From contig VBBP01000055.1 in assembly GCA_005884195.1 (NCBI GenBank), positions 15,021-79,020 of the forward strand: a DNA stretch of 64,000 nucleotides, in the 5' to 3' direction. Shown here piece by piece: positions 38,553-49,399 of this stretch. The position numbers and the translations under genes are program-made. The notes under the pieces were generated by a model. The model did no database searches, was not told the origin of the DNA, and saw only the letters and a program-made list of their open reading frames with translations. How positions within the stretch are numbered: the stretch's first letter is position 1; each line of letters opens with the position of its first letter. The stretch is from Candidatus Bathyarchaeota archaeon. GTDB taxonomy: Archaea; Thermoproteota; Bathyarchaeia; 40CM-2-53-6.

Positions 38553-39578
38553 TTGACGCTGGCCGTCTCCGATCCGACAAGAATTATCGACGGCTTTCAG
38601 GATAAGACAATCCTGGTTATGGGCGACCTGATGGTCGACCGCTATGTTCGCTCTCAAGGGCGAAAACTTTCGAGAGAAGCGCCTGTCCCCGTTGCAGATT
38701 TCATTTCCGAGGAACTAGTGCTCGGAGGCGCGGCGAACCTCGCCAACAACCTGGTCGCGCTTGGAGCGAAGGTCCGCGTGTTGGGTGTCGTGGGAAATGA
38801 TGAGCCGGGAAAGTGGCTCCAAGAGGAGCTTGAGAAGAAGGGCGTAGACATCTCAGGTACCGTCGTGAACAGCCGCCCCACAAGCCTGAAAACCCGATTC
38901 ATCCTGAACCATCGCCAATACCTTAGAATTGACAAGGAATCACGGACTGACGTCGAGTCGCATGTCACAAAACAATTCCTCTACTCCTTGGATGACCTAC
39001 TGGAAGATGCTGACGGCGTGGTCTTCTCCGACTACGACAAGGGGGTCATCACGCCGGAACTCATAAGCAATGTCGTTGAAGGGTGCCGAGTCCAAGAGAA
39101 GAAAGTCGTCGCTCAACCCAAAGTCCGGCACTACCTCGACTACGTGGGAGTGTCAATGGTAAAGTCTAACGTCCGCGAGGCAACGATAGCGACAGGTGTT
39201 TCCATGGTCAACGATACCTCGCTAAGGAATATGGGCCACAACCTCATGACGCGTTTGGAATGTGAGGCTCTCCTTCTCACCCGAAGCGAACAGGGCATGA
39301 TCCTCTTTGAGAAGAAGAATATCACGAGTTTTCCGCCTTTCAAGGGTCCCAAGCCTGGGTTCAACGCCGTCGGTGTAAGGGACTGCATGACAGCAGTTCT
39401 AGCTATGTCCATTGTAGGCGAGGCACCGATAGGGGAGGCCGTCCTCCTCGCGGGACTTGCTGCGTCACAGCATGCGGACAATCTTGGCACTGTTGTTGTA
39501 GACCTGAACGATCTTCGATCTCAAGCCAACTCAACACTTGAGCTTGCAGAGCAGATAGTTCAGGTTCCGGTCCACTGA
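38553..39578 (+). CDS. PfkB-family sugar kinase, HldE/RfaE kinase-domain-like
   Basis: ILVMGDLMVDRYV ... REAPVPV ... GGAANLANNLVALGA resembles the heptose-7-P kinase domain. First gene of the tkt-rpe-tkt-tal operon. Confidence 0.68.
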   Translation: MTLAVSDPTRIIDGFQDKTILVMGDLMVDRYVRSQGRKLSREAPVPVADFISEELVLGGAANLANNLVALGAKVRVLGVVGNDEPGKWLQEELEKKGVDISGTVVNSRPTSLKTRFILNHRQYLRIDKESRTDVESHVTKQFLYSLDDLLEDADGVVFSDYDKGVITPELISNVVEGCRVQEKKVVAQPKVRHYLDYVGVSMVKSNVREATIATGVSMVNDTSLRNMGHNLMTRLECEALLLTRSEQGMILFEKKNITSFPPFKGPKPGFNAVGVRDCMTAVLAMSIVGEAPIGEAVLLAGLAASQHADNLGTVVVDLNDLRSQANSTLELAEQIVQVPVH

Positions 39579-39580
39579 TT

Positions 39581-40408
39581 ATGGAAGAGCAATCGATTCC
39601 CATCGGTATGCTTCTGCAGAAAGCTGCTAAGATTCGAGCCCATATTCTTGAGATGGTGGCGGAGGCAAAGTCGGGCCATCCCGGTGGCAGCCTTTCGGCC
39701 GTCGAGATCCTCGTCTCATTATTTTTCTACAAGATGCGACATGACCCTAAGCGCCCAGACTGGCCAGATCGTGACCGGTTCGTCCTGTCCAAGGGACACG
39801 CTGCACCGGTCCTTTTTTCGACCCTAGCAGAAGCTGGTTATCTCCCAACAAGCGAACTCAAAACTCTACGGAAGATCAACAGCCGTCTACAAGGCCACCC
39901 CGACCATAGGGTCCCAGGCGTAGAGTTTCCTGGAGGTTCATTGGGAATTGGTCTTTCGGCCGCAATAGGCATGGCCCTTGCTGGAAAGGTGGACAAGAAA
40001 GACTATCGGGTATACGCCCTTCTTGGTGACGGTGAACTCGATGAGGGAGAAACCTGGGAGGCGGCAATGGCTGCACCGAAATTCAAACTTGACAATCTAA
40101 CCGCAATCGTCGACAGAAACGGAATACAGCAAGACGGTCTGACGGAGCAAATCATGCCCATGGAACCCGTGGGCTACAAGTGGAAGGCGTTCAATTGGCA
40201 TGTCTTGGAAGTTGACGGTTTTGACTTTCGTCAAGTAATCGACGCGTTGGAAAAGGCGGAAAGCATGAGAAACAGACCAACTGTGATTATCGCCCATACC
40301 GTCAAAGGGAAAGGAGTCTCCTTCATGGAGTGGGATCCCGCCTACCACGGGAAAGCACCGGACAAAGACACTGTCCGTAAGCTCGTAAAGACGATGTTGG
40401 AAGAATGA
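39581..40408 (+). CDS. transketolase, N-terminal subunit
   Basis: SGHPGGSLS and GDGE motifs of the TPP-binding half. Confidence 0.9.
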   Translation: MEEQSIPIGMLLQKAAKIRAHILEMVAEAKSGHPGGSLSAVEILVSLFFYKMRHDPKRPDWPDRDRFVLSKGHAAPVLFSTLAEAGYLPTSELKTLRKINSRLQGHPDHRVPGVEFPGGSLGIGLSAAIGMALAGKVDKKDYRVYALLGDGELDEGETWEAAMAAPKFKLDNLTAIVDRNGIQQDGLTEQIMPMEPVGYKWKAFNWHVLEVDGFDFRQVIDALEKAESMRNRPTVIIAHTVKGKGVSFMEWDPAYHGKAPDKDTVRKLVKTMLEE

Positions 40409-41091
40409 AAGAAGTTAAGATCGCGCCTTCGATTCTGGCGGCTGATCATGCTGACTTGAAGGGTGAGATCAGTAGAGTTGAGGAGGCTGGTGCTGATATG
40501 ATTCATGTAGATGTTGCAGATGGACACTTTGCTCCCAACATAAGTCTGGGACCCGATACCGTTAGGGCAATTCGTAAGGTGACGAAACTCCCTCTTGATA
40601 TTCATCTGATGATAACGAACCCTGAGAAATTCTACGAGCCTTTTCTCTCCGCAGGCGGTGACATCATAACGGTTCATGCAGAGTCTACCAGCCGCTCGTT
40701 TCTCAACAAGCTGTCAAAGGAAGTTCACCAGAAAGGCAAGAAGGTGGGTCTTGCGCTGAAGCCGTCCACCTCACTTCCATATTGGCTAGGAAAAAAGACG
40801 AATCCTTTTGACGTCATTCTCGTCCTTTCAGTTAATCCAGGATTTCCAGGTCAAGCATTCATGCCGCGCGTTATTCCCAAGGTAAGGAAGGTCGCAAGAC
40901 TCGCTGACTCGGGAGAATTAGACGTGGAGGTTGACGGGGGAGTGGACCAGGAGAATGCGTCGGTAATAGTTGAAGCAGGAGCTAGTGTGTTGGTCGCGGG
41001 AGCTTCCATCTTTCGGAAAGGTGATGTTAAATCCGCTCTCCAGGATATGAGGGCCGTCATTCAGAGGACTATGAGAGAGGTTCCAGCATAA
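40405..41091 (+). CDS. rpe: ribulose-phosphate 3-epimerase
   Basis: IAPSILAAD ... HVDVADGHF motifs. Confidence 0.9.
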   Translation: MKEVKIAPSILAADHADLKGEISRVEEAGADMIHVDVADGHFAPNISLGPDTVRAIRKVTKLPLDIHLMITNPEKFYEPFLSAGGDIITVHAESTSRSFLNKLSKEVHQKGKKVGLALKPSTSLPYWLGKKTNPFDVILVLSVNPGFPGQAFMPRVIPKVRKVARLADSGELDVEVDGGVDQENASVIVEAGASVLVAGASIFRKGDVKSALQDMRAVIQRTMREVPA

Positions 41092-42032
41092 TGCTCGTCC
41101 AGCTAGCTTCAATGCGTGATGCGTATGCTGAGGTTCTGTTGGAGCTTGGTGAGGAAGATTCGAGGGTGGTTGTTGTAGGCGCAGACACGTCTGTATCCAT
41201 TAAGACTAGCTTGTTCGGGGATCGCTATCCTGAGCGGTTCTTCAATGTGGGAATCGCCGAGGCTAACATGATGGGCATAGCGGCAGGGCTCGCGCTCGCT
41301 GGGAAGATACCCTTTGTCACAACCTACGCAGCCTTCGTGCCTGGCAAATGCCTCGATCAGATTCGCAATGCAATCGCTTATCCCAATCTCAACGTGAAGA
41401 TCGTCTCTTCCCATGGCGGATTGACAGTCGGGCCAGATGGTGCTTCGCATCAAACGATAGAAGATGTGGCAGCGATGAGAGCTGTTCCCCGAATGCATGT
41501 TATCGTCCCTGCAGATGCTCCCTCCACCAGGTCTCTGGTTGCCCAGGCATGCAGGACCCTCGGCCCCTTCTACATCCGTCTCAGCAGGCCCAGTGTCCCC
41601 ACGATCTACTCCGCTTCCAAAGATGTGGAGGTTGGAAAGGCCAAGATTCTCAAGGAGGGCTCGGACATCGGGATCATTGCTTGTGGAATAATGGTCAATG
41701 AGGCAATGGAGGCCGCAGAAGCCCTATCGAAGATGGGAGTCTCCGCGGAGATTGTTGACTCTCACACCGTGAAGCCTCTGGATTCCGAGACAATTATTCG
41801 GGTTGCAAAGAAGACTGGAGCACTTGTGACCGCTGAAGAGCAGAACATAATCGGAGGGTTAGGAGGGGCGGTCGCCGAAGCTGTTACTGAATCATATCCA
41901 GTTCGAGTTTCGAGAATTGGAGTAAGGGATACGTTTGGAGAGTCAGGAGAGCACAAAGAGCTCATGGTCAAGTACGGTTTGACCCCAAAGGAAATAACAC
42001 GCGCCGCGAAACATCTCGTCGATTCCAGGTGA
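41091..42032 (+). CDS. transketolase, C-terminal subunit
   Basis: Pyrimidine-binding and C-terminal domains. Confidence 0.9.
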   Translation: MLVQLASMRDAYAEVLLELGEEDSRVVVVGADTSVSIKTSLFGDRYPERFFNVGIAEANMMGIAAGLALAGKIPFVTTYAAFVPGKCLDQIRNAIAYPNLNVKIVSSHGGLTVGPDGASHQTIEDVAAMRAVPRMHVIVPADAPSTRSLVAQACRTLGPFYIRLSRPSVPTIYSASKDVEVGKAKILKEGSDIGIIACGIMVNEAMEAAEALSKMGVSAEIVDSHTVKPLDSETIIRVAKKTGALVTAEEQNIIGGLGGAVAEAVTESYPVRVSRIGVRDTFGESGEHKELMVKYGLTPKEITRAAKHLVDSR

Positions 42033-42035
42033 CCC

Positions 42036-42740
42036 ATCTCGAAGATATTCCTTGATACTGCCAATGTGTCTTCGATCAAAACCTTCGCCGATATGGGAGT
42101 GCTTGACGGCATCACCACCAATCCAACGCTCATCGCGAAGGAGAACAGAGAATTTCTTGAGCTTGTATCTGAAATTCTTCAGATCGTACAGGGTCCAGTA
42201 AACCTTGAGGTCGTAAGCCAGAACACTGAGGGAATGTTACAAGAGGCTCACAACCTTGCATCGCTAAGCCCGAACGTTGTCGTCAAGTGTCCGATGACGA
42301 GTGCGGGCATGGTAGCAGTCAAGACGCTCAGCAAAGAAGGAATCAACACGAACGTCACCCTCGTCTTCTCGCCCAATCAAGCCCTACTAGCTGCAAAAGC
42401 AGGAGCTACCTACGTTAGCCCGTTCATAGGCCGCTTGGACGATGCGGGACATGAGGGAATGAAGGTGATTGAGGATACGTTGCGGATTTATCGAAATTAC
42501 GAGATCGAAACCCAGGTACTAGTGGCCAGTATCCGCCACCCTGTCCACGTGGTCGATGCCGCAAAGCTAGGAGCTCATGTGGCGACAATGCCACCTGATG
42601 TACTTGAAAAGATGGTTAAGCATCCATTAACTGACATTGGCCTCAAGCGGTTTCTTGACGATTGGCAGAAGGCAGGTTTGAAACTTCCTGAACGCGGAAC
42701 TCTTGCGGCCAAGGCAAGACCTCTGGTTCAACGCGCATAA
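42036..42740 (+). CDS. tal: transaldolase (MipB/FSA type), start unresolved (ATC?)
   Basis: The track starts at 42066 (GTG, VSSIKTF). The conserved N-terminus KIFLDTAN is encoded upstream in the same frame, directly after the tktC TGA, with no ATG/GTG/TTG. ATC at 42036 would give MSKIFLDTAN. Confidence 0.8.
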   Translation: MSKIFLDTANVSSIKTFADMGVLDGITTNPTLIAKENREFLELVSEILQIVQGPVNLEVVSQNTEGMLQEAHNLASLSPNVVVKCPMTSAGMVAVKTLSKEGINTNVTLVFSPNQALLAAKAGATYVSPFIGRLDDAGHEGMKVIEDTLRIYRNYEIETQVLVASIRHPVHVVDAAKLGAHVATMPPDVLEKMVKHPLTDIGLKRFLDDWQKAGLKLPERGTLAAKARPLVQRA

Positions 42741-42839
42741 TCGTCTCGCAGCTTTGCGTTGATTTTGCGGTCCGATTCCGTGAGTAAGTGGCGAGCGTTA
42801 GCCTTTTGAGGAACCTGCGATTGCTCTCGCTGTTACCCT

Positions 42840-44489
42840 TTGACTAAGTACGTCTTTGTCACGGGCGGCGTAATGTCCGGAATAGGCAAGGGTGTCATCG
42901 CCGCTTCTATCGGGAAATTAATCCAGGTCCGCGGCCTCAAAGTTACCGCTGTCAAAATTGATCCTTACCTCAACTACGACGCGGGAACTATGAATCCGTA
43001 CATTCACGGCGAGGTCTTCGTTACAGAAGACGGAGGAGAGACAGACATGGACGTGGGCACGTACGAGAGGTTCCTAGATATTAACGTCCCAAAGAATCAC
43101 AACATAACAACCGGGCAAGTGTATTTTTCCGTCATCGAGAGAGAGCGTAAAGGCGACTTTCTCGGCAAATGCGTCCAGATCATCCCCCACATAACGGATG
43201 AGATCAAGGATCGACTCCACAGAATTCCCAGAGAGGAGGGGATCGACTTCGTTTTGGTAGAAATAGGTGGAACGGTTGGCGACATTGAATCTCTTCCCTA
43301 TCTTGAGGCTGCGCGTCAACTCCGCTTGGAAGAGGGCAGCGAGAACGTTCTCAACGTCCATGTTACTCTTGTTCCTGTACTGGATGTAGTTGGAGAGCAG
43401 AAGACAAAACCCACTCAGCATAGCGTCCAAGAGCTCCGCCGAATCGGAGTGCAGCCTGACATCATTGTCGCGAGAAGCAAGGCGCCCCTCAAGCAGGAAC
43501 CGAGGAGAAAGATTGCCCTGTTCTGCAACGTAGAGGAGTCCGCTGTATTCACTTCCCAGGACATGGACAGCATCTATCAGTCCCCTCTCCTGTTAGACCA
43601 ACAAGGGCTCGGCACATTCATCACCCACCGTCTTAGGTTGCCGGAGAACCCGCCCCAGTGGAGTTCTTGGAAGAAAATGCTTGAAGAACATCTAACACAG
43701 GCCAAACAAGTTAACATCGCGATCTGCGGGAAGTACGCCGAACTCGCTGACTGTTATGTAAGCGTGAATGATGCCCTCAAGGACGCGGGAGCATCGGCAG
43801 GTGCCAAGGTCAATCTAGAATGGATCGAGACTGACGATTTTGAGAGACAGCCGGAAAATGTCCGGTTGCTGTCTCGGTTCGACGGGGTCTTGGTGCCAGG
43901 GGGATTCGGTGCGAGGGGAGCGGAGGGGAAGATTCTAGCGATCGAATATTCTCGATCGCACAACATTCCGTTCTTGGGAATATGCTACGGGTTCCAACTA
44001 GCCGTTGTAGAGTATGCAAGACACATCGGGATTAGAGACGCCGCAAGCTCTGAGCTCAACCCGGGATCAAAGAACCCTGTCATCGATCTTATGCCAGAGC
44101 AGAATGGTGTGTTAGAGAAAGGCGGCACGATGAGGCTGGGTGCGCATGAGGTCACCGTGGACGAAGGGACGACGGCCTATTCCCTATACGGTAAAGGGAA
44201 AATCTGGGAACGACACCGTCACAGGTATGAAGTGAATCCTAAGTATATTCCAGAGCTCACATCCAAAGGTTTGAAGTTCTCTGGAAGAAGCGATCTCAAT
44301 CGAAGGATGGAGATTCTTGAAGTTCCATCTAGCAGATTCCATTTTGCAACTCAGTTTCATGCAGAATTCAAGTCGCGACCAGCCAGGGCTTCACCCCCTT
44401 ACGTCGGGCTGATTCGAGCCGCGCTACAGACAGGAGGCCAGTTGGTTGAGTCTAAGCAAATCCTTTCCCAACCGGCCAAGGTCAGGTAG
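42840..44489 (+). CDS. pyrG: CTP synthase
   Basis: [18 protein letters not shown] synthetase domain and a C-terminal GATase domain. Confidence 0.92.
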   Translation: MTKYVFVTGGVMSGIGKGVIAASIGKLIQVRGLKVTAVKIDPYLNYDAGTMNPYIHGEVFVTEDGGETDMDVGTYERFLDINVPKNHNITTGQVYFSVIERERKGDFLGKCVQIIPHITDEIKDRLHRIPREEGIDFVLVEIGGTVGDIESLPYLEAARQLRLEEGSENVLNVHVTLVPVLDVVGEQKTKPTQHSVQELRRIGVQPDIIVARSKAPLKQEPRRKIALFCNVEESAVFTSQDMDSIYQSPLLLDQQGLGTFITHRLRLPENPPQWSSWKKMLEEHLTQAKQVNIAICGKYAELADCYVSVNDALKDAGASAGAKVNLEWIETDDFERQPENVRLLSRFDGVLVPGGFGARGAEGKILAIEYSRSHNIPFLGICYGFQLAVVEYARHIGIRDAASSELNPGSKNPVIDLMPEQNGVLEKGGTMRLGAHEVTVDEGTTAYSLYGKGKIWERHRHRYEVNPKYIPELTSKGLKFSGRSDLNRRMEILEVPSSRFHFATQFHAEFKSRPARASPPYVGLIRAALQTGGQLVESKQILSQPAKVR

Positions 44490-44494
44490 GAACG

Positions 44495-45082
44495 ATGGGA
44501 TCGCCTAGCCTGTCTGATGGATCAAAGGCAAAAGGATCGAGGATTGTTTCGACAGTCTTCTTGGCGCTTGCTTCAGTTTCCGTAGCCCTGGTGTTCGTCG
44601 TCACTTATTTGACAGCAAACGTCACCATTCCAGCAACTAAAGGCTACTTCGACTTCGGAGACATAGTAATTTTCATCGTTGCGTTAACCTTCGGTCCAAC
44701 CATTGGTGGTCTCGCAGGTGGATTAGGGTCATCTCTATCTGATGCTCTGTCAGCGGGCTCTTCGATTTACGCGCCTTTTACCCTGATTATCAAGGGACTC
44801 GAAGGATACGTTGCCGGTTACCTTGCATTCCGCAGTTTTCGAGGAAAGCTTGGGATTGCTTGGGTCTTTGCCAGTGCAATAATGGTGGGCGGCTACTTTG
44901 TTGCAGAATCCCTTGTCATCGTCGGATATCCCGCCTCCTTGTTTGAGGTACCCTTCAATGTTCTACAGGTTGTCGCCGGAGGAGTAATTGGTATCCCAAT
45001 TTCCCAGTTCCTGAGAAGGACGCTTCCTTCTAACATGATTTACTCAAGAAAGCCTACGCAAGGCAACTGGCCAAAGAGCTAG
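44495..45082 (+). CDS. membrane protein, ECF-transporter S-component-like
   Basis: 5-6 TM helices with a Gly-rich helix-3 pattern. Confidence 0.45.
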   Translation: MGSPSLSDGSKAKGSRIVSTVFLALASVSVALVFVVTYLTANVTIPATKGYFDFGDIVIFIVALTFGPTIGGLAGGLGSSLSDALSAGSSIYAPFTLIIKGLEGYVAGYLAFRSFRGKLGIAWVFASAIMVGGYFVAESLVIVGYPASLFEVPFNVLQVVAGGVIGIPISQFLRRTLPSNMIYSRKPTQGNWPKS

Positions 45083-45153
45083 GTCGCGACAATCAATTGT
45101 CCCATCGATCCGACCGCGCGGGATCCGCGCTATAGGCCTATGGATGAAATCTT

Positions 45154-45393
45154 CTATGGTGCAGGTTCGCTGACGCATATGTAGAGGACGTTGCTTCCTC
45201 GGACGATTAGGCTGCCGAAATTCGTGGATGGGTCTCCTCCGCGGTATTCTCTTGCTCCGTCGAGGATGATGTTCATGTGGCTGTCGCAGTCGATCATTTT
45301 GCCTCTGTACTCTGCGTCATTCTTCAGTCGGACCGAGACGTCTGCTTGCAACTTTCGCACGAGAAGGTTCAGTGGTTTTCTGGAGGGTTCCAA
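45154..45393 (-). CDS. Sm-like archaeal protein (LSm)
   Basis: PLNLL ... VRLKND ... Sm1/Sm2 motifs (RGSNVLYI). Confidence 0.8.
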   Translation of the reverse strand: MEPSRKPLNLLVRKLQADVSVRLKNDAEYRGKMIDCDSHMNIILDGAREYRGGDPSTNFGSLIVRGSNVLYICVSEPAP

Positions 45394-45675
45394 TTCGCGC
45401 CTTGTGCGGACGACTCACTACAGGGCATAAAAACTCTTGGATAAGACGAACGGAAACGCGGAGGCCCGGTACCGAATATGAATAGTGTTAGAGTGATTGA
45501 TTTATTCTTCTGATTCGGAGTTCTCTCTAGCCATCATTTTTTGAGTGTGTTGCTCTTTCCTGAACTCAGACTTGAGTTTTCCGCATCTGATACAACGAGT
45601 CATCGGGCCTCTTCCCCGCCATTGGTGGGAACATCCTGCCATTATTGTCAACAGGAAATAGGGTGCGGGTTATTC

Positions 45676-46407
45676 TTAAACTAGAGCCGAGGATTCGGAA
45701 GATGCCCCGACTCGATTTTTAGCCTTATCGAGCAAGTAAAGTTGTTCTCTATCCGATAGCGCGGTAACGAGTTCGATTCCAGTTTCTTTCGGTTGTCTCC
45801 AAGAGGTTCGATCTTTGTCCCCGAAAATCGTTATGACTAGCAAGGCGTCCACAGTTGCGATCCTCGAAATTTCATTGAAGTGTTCCTCGAAGACGGGACC
45901 TGACTCTGTCATAGATACGGAGGTAACTCCGTCGACAATACGATCCTGCAATGGCAGGTGAGAAGCGTCTGCACGGATCCACTGTATACCAAGGCTTGTC
46001 TTTCCCTGCTTGCCTTTGCGCAGCATTTGAATCGATAGATCGATTCCTAAGGCAAGTTTGCTTCTTGGTGCGATGAATCCGAGAAGTTTGCCTGTTCCGC
46101 ATCCGACGTCGACGATCATGTTGAACTCTCTTTTTCCTATGACCTGCAATACCTCTGCATGTTTCTTGTTTTGCTCCTCGCCGTAGAGCTCGTCATAACT
46201 CCTGGATAGAGCATCGTACCATTCCGTAATAGTTTCAGTGTCCTTGGCGGGCAAAGGTGTGTCAATATATTGCTCCGTTAGTGCATTGAACCTTTCGGGG
46301 TTAACCAAGTTGCCGGTCCTAATCTCCCCAAGCCTTGAGGAGGCTCGCAGGGAATTGGTCATCGGTCTCGAGGCTCGGAGGCTGCTGGTCATGGTTGCTT
46401 CCTGCAC
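45676..46407 (-). CDS. class I SAM-dependent methyltransferase
   Basis: VDVGCGTGKL motif I. The N-terminus is probably over-extended in the track. Confidence 0.6.
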   Translation of the reverse strand: MQEATMTSSLRASRPMTNSLRASSRLGEIRTGNLVNPERFNALTEQYIDTPLPAKDTETITEWYDALSRSYDELYGEEQNKKHAEVLQVIGKREFNMIVDVGCGTGKLLGFIAPRSKLALGIDLSIQMLRKGKQGKTSLGIQWIRADASHLPLQDRIVDGVTSVSMTESGPVFEEHFNEISRIATVDALLVITIFGDKDRTSWRQPKETGIELVTALSDREQLYLLDKAKNRVGASSESSALV

Positions 46408-47077
46408 TGTAGAGTACTCGGGTCGGACCGGGAGTCATCTGGGGGAGGGTGAGCGGTTAGTAATTGTGAAAGGAGATGGTTGCATACTGGTCCACCGAGG
46501 GCGAGACTATCAGCCCGTCAACTGGCAGCCGTCAGGATGCATCATTCAAGCCCAGGCAAGCAATGGGACGCTAGTTCTGAAAGCGGTTCGGCCGAGTCCA
46601 CTTGAGAGTCTAACTCTCGTGGTGAAAGATGTGCAGTTTCTTGGAACATTTCTTCTGCAAGATGATGCGGAGTTTGTTCTCCACGCGAGCGAGGAGGAGA
46701 TGCAGCGAGCAATCATTCTTCAGCCTGATGTCATTGAGCAGGGTTTCAAGATCTTGGATTTTGAAAAGAAAGTACCTCCTGGATTCGTAGATGTCTATGG
46801 TGTCGACACTGAGGGGAACACGGTCGTTATCGAGATAAAGAAGGACCCGGCAGGTTTTCCGGTTATCAAGCAGCTATTGGAATATCTGAAGTATCTTCAG
46901 GCTCCCCCGGGCAAGAAGTTGCGTCCAATGATAGTCGCACCCAGCATTGCGAAGGGGGCCCAGCCTGCATTGGCAAAGTCGGGGATTGAGTTCAAACAGT
47001 TGACCCTGCAGAAGGCTGTTGCGATCTTGCAGAAATACGCGAGGTCTGATCAGCAGGCGTTGAAGAGTTGGCTTTAG
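46391..47077 (+). CDS. nucS: endonuclease NucS (EndoMS)
   Basis: C-terminal RecB-like nuclease (VDVYGVD ... VVIEIKK). Start taken at the ATG giving MVASCTVEYSGRTG, which matches the NucS N-terminal domain. Confidence 0.75.
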   Translation: MVASCTVEYSGRTGSHLGEGERLVIVKGDGCILVHRGRDYQPVNWQPSGCIIQAQASNGTLVLKAVRPSPLESLTLVVKDVQFLGTFLLQDDAEFVLHASEEEMQRAIILQPDVIEQGFKILDFEKKVPPGFVDVYGVDTEGNTVVIEIKKDPAGFPVIKQLLEYLKYLQAPPGKKLRPMIVAPSIAKGAQPALAKSGIEFKQLTLQKAVAILQKYARSDQQALKSWL

Positions 47078-47790
47078 AGTCCGAGTCTTATGATCAGCAT
47101 TGCGTAACCTATACCGCTTTTAACAAAGCTGAGCTTGCTTGTTCCGCGCGGTCGCGGGAGGAATGTGATCGGGACATCGGTGATTGGCATGCCTTTCTTT
47201 CTGGCGCGTATGAGTAGTTCTGGTTGGATCTCGAAGTTTTTCGCTACTATTTCTTCTCTTAGAGCGTCTACAGCTTTGCATGTGTAGATTCTGAATCCCG
47301 ATGTGACATCGTTTGAGGGTATGTGGAAGATCTTCCGCATTGTCCAATTGGTGCTGGCGCTGATCATTCTCTTGACCAAGGGTAGTTCTTCGACCATTCC
47401 TTTGTTCGTGTTCCGGCTTCCTACGACTATGTCTGCAGTCTTGGCCGCGGCCATAAGGTTCTGTATCTCCTCCGGTTGATGGTTCAGGTCAGCGTCCATC
47501 GTGACGACATATTCGGTGTCCTCGTCGATGAGTCGAAATCCTTTTTTCATCGCCTTTCCCAGACCCATTCTCTCCTGGCTGTAGTGGACTTTTATCCGGG
47601 GGTTTTCCTTTGAAAGGGCCGTGAGTTTCTCGAGAGTCGCGTCCGTTCCTTCGACGATGAATATTGCCTCATAATCAGGATCGATCTTTTCGAGCGCCAA
47701 TACCAGTCTGGAGGAAAACTCGTCAATGACCTCCTCCTCGTTGTAGACTGGTATTACCGCGCTTATTCGCAATTTTGCCCCTCGACACAA
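47074..47790 (-). CDS. family 2 glycosyltransferase (dolichol-phosphate mannosyl/glucosyl-transferase-like)
   Basis: ISAVIPVYNEEE ... DAD. Confidence 0.75.
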   Translation of the reverse strand: MCRGAKLRISAVIPVYNEEEVIDEFSSRLVLALEKIDPDYEAIFIVEGTDATLEKLTALSKENPRIKVHYSQERMGLGKAMKKGFRLIDEDTEYVVTMDADLNHQPEEIQNLMAAAKTADIVVGSRNTNKGMVEELPLVKRMISASTNWTMRKIFHIPSNDVTSGFRIYTCKAVDALREEIVAKNFEIQPELLIRARKKGMPITDVPITFLPRPRGTSKLSFVKSGIGYAMLIIRLGL

Positions 47791-47897
47791 GCCTAGACAG
47801 GTATATTCTGGTTTGTGGCCATCTTCCTAGCGCAGGAGATGAAAATTCCGCTGCGTGTCGCGAGCGGTCAAGCAGGCGTCCTGTATAGGGCGGGAGA

Positions 47898-49331
47898 CTA
47901 CGCCGCGACGAGTTCGTGAGAGTGCTGCTTCATGTGCTGGTAGTGTTCTGCGGGCACAAGGGACTGGAAGGCTCTATCCACAACCTCGCTAAGTGCTGGG
48001 TGAATATGGATTGAGTCGCTAATCGGCTCATACGATCCACTACCTGTATACATCAATGGTATGATCTCGTGAATGAGGATTGACGCGTACGGTCCAACAA
48101 TGTGCGCTCCAAGGATTTTCATTGTATCTGCCTCGACGATGACTTTGACGAAGAAGTCTTTCACGTTCATCGCCTCACCCTTGGCCGTGTCCTCGTACTT
48201 CTGGAACCCTATCAGCACCTTGTCCTCCCCCAGCTTCTCCATCGCCTCCTTCTCTCCTAGCCCGACGCTCGCAATTTCAGGGTAGGTGAAGACCGCGTGG
48301 GGAATTGCATGGTAGTCGACTTTGACCTTCTGTTTCAGGATCGCGTTGTAGTAAACTATCTTTGATTCATAGTTCGCAACGTGTTTGAACGGATATCTTC
48401 CATCCGCATCTCCGAGCGCCCATATGTTCGGCTGCGACGTCTCCAGATACTCGTTGACCTCTATCCAGCCTTCCTTGGTGAGCCTGATCCCTGCCTTCTC
48501 TACATGGAGAATGTCCGTGATCGGACCTCTTCCAGTCGCGACCATGATCTCTTTGGCGGATATTGTCGTGTTCTTTCCTGACTTCCGGTCGACAGTGACA
48601 AGCTCCTTCCTGTCGCCCATCTCCCTGACTTCTCTCACTTCCTGGTTTGTCAGAATCGTGATGTGCCGTTCCAGATCCTTTCTCGCCAGTGCCGAGACTT
48701 CCGGCTCTTCTTCTGGCAAGAATTGTGGATTTCTACCGACAATGGTTACTTTCGATCCCATGCTGGAGAAGAAGTGGCCGTATTCAGCGGCGATGTACCC
48801 GCCCCCGATTATCGCGATGCTCTCTGGCAGCTTTGTCAGCTTGAGGACCGTGTCGCTTGTATGGTAGTTGACCTTGTCAAGCCCTTTGATGTTAGGGATG
48901 ATGATCTTCGACCCTATACAGAGAAAAATCATCTTAGACGAAATCTCAGTCCCATCGACCTTCATCGTGTAGGGTGCAACGAATTCTGCTGGAGCATGAA
49001 AGTAGTCTATGTTCTTCGAGCTCGACAAGCCCTCTCTTATTTGATCGATATCCCGGTTGATGAGGGTCCGCATCCGCTCCATGACCATCTGAAAATCGAT
49101 ACTGGCGATCTTCGCATCGACCCCTAGCTCATGCGCTTTCTCAATCATTCTCACCAGTTCCGCAGGGTACAAGAGTATTTTCGAGGGAATGCAACCGCGG
49201 GTCAGGCATATTCCGCCCGGCTCGTCTTTGTCTATGACCGCGATCCGAATGTTCGGATTCTCCTGGATCATTGGGTCGACGATGTTCATTGCCGATCCTG
49301 TACCAATTATGATCAGATCATACTGTTTCAT
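47898..49331 (-). CDS. pyridine nucleotide-disulfide oxidoreductase (dihydrolipoyl dehydrogenase family)
   Basis: GGICLTRGCIPSK redox-active disulfide, two Rossmann folds, dimerisation domain. Confidence 0.75.
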   Translation of the reverse strand: MKQYDLIIIGTGSAMNIVDPMIQENPNIRIAVIDKDEPGGICLTRGCIPSKILLYPAELVRMIEKAHELGVDAKIASIDFQMVMERMRTLINRDIDQIREGLSSSKNIDYFHAPAEFVAPYTMKVDGTEISSKMIFLCIGSKIIIPNIKGLDKVNYHTSDTVLKLTKLPESIAIIGGGYIAAEYGHFFSSMGSKVTIVGRNPQFLPEEEPEVSALARKDLERHITILTNQEVREVREMGDRKELVTVDRKSGKNTTISAKEIMVATGRGPITDILHVEKAGIRLTKEGWIEVNEYLETSQPNIWALGDADGRYPFKHVANYESKIVYYNAILKQKVKVDYHAIPHAVFTYPEIASVGLGEKEAMEKLGEDKVLIGFQKYEDTAKGEAMNVKDFFVKVIVEADTMKILGAHIVGPYASILIHEIIPLMYTGSGSYEPISDSIHIHPALSEVVDRAFQSLVPAEHYQHMKQHSHELVAA

Positions 49332-49399
49332 TCTGAATGGTCCCGGAGTTCGGGGCGGAGATAAGGATATTGACCGAGAATCGATGGTGCTTTGAGAAA

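Noticed and set aside
45083-45680. Ribosomal protein L37e next to the Sm gene (common archaeal pairing)
   Set aside because: Only 70 nt lie downstream of the Sm gene. The small Cys-containing ORF upstream (about 45480-45640, minus) does not match the L37e C4 motif or sequence.
46238-46407. 170-nt overlap between the methyltransferase and NucS ORF calls
   Set aside because: This is an artefact of choosing the longest ORFs. NucS homology begins at the internal ATG (46391), and the methyltransferase probably starts downstream of its called start.
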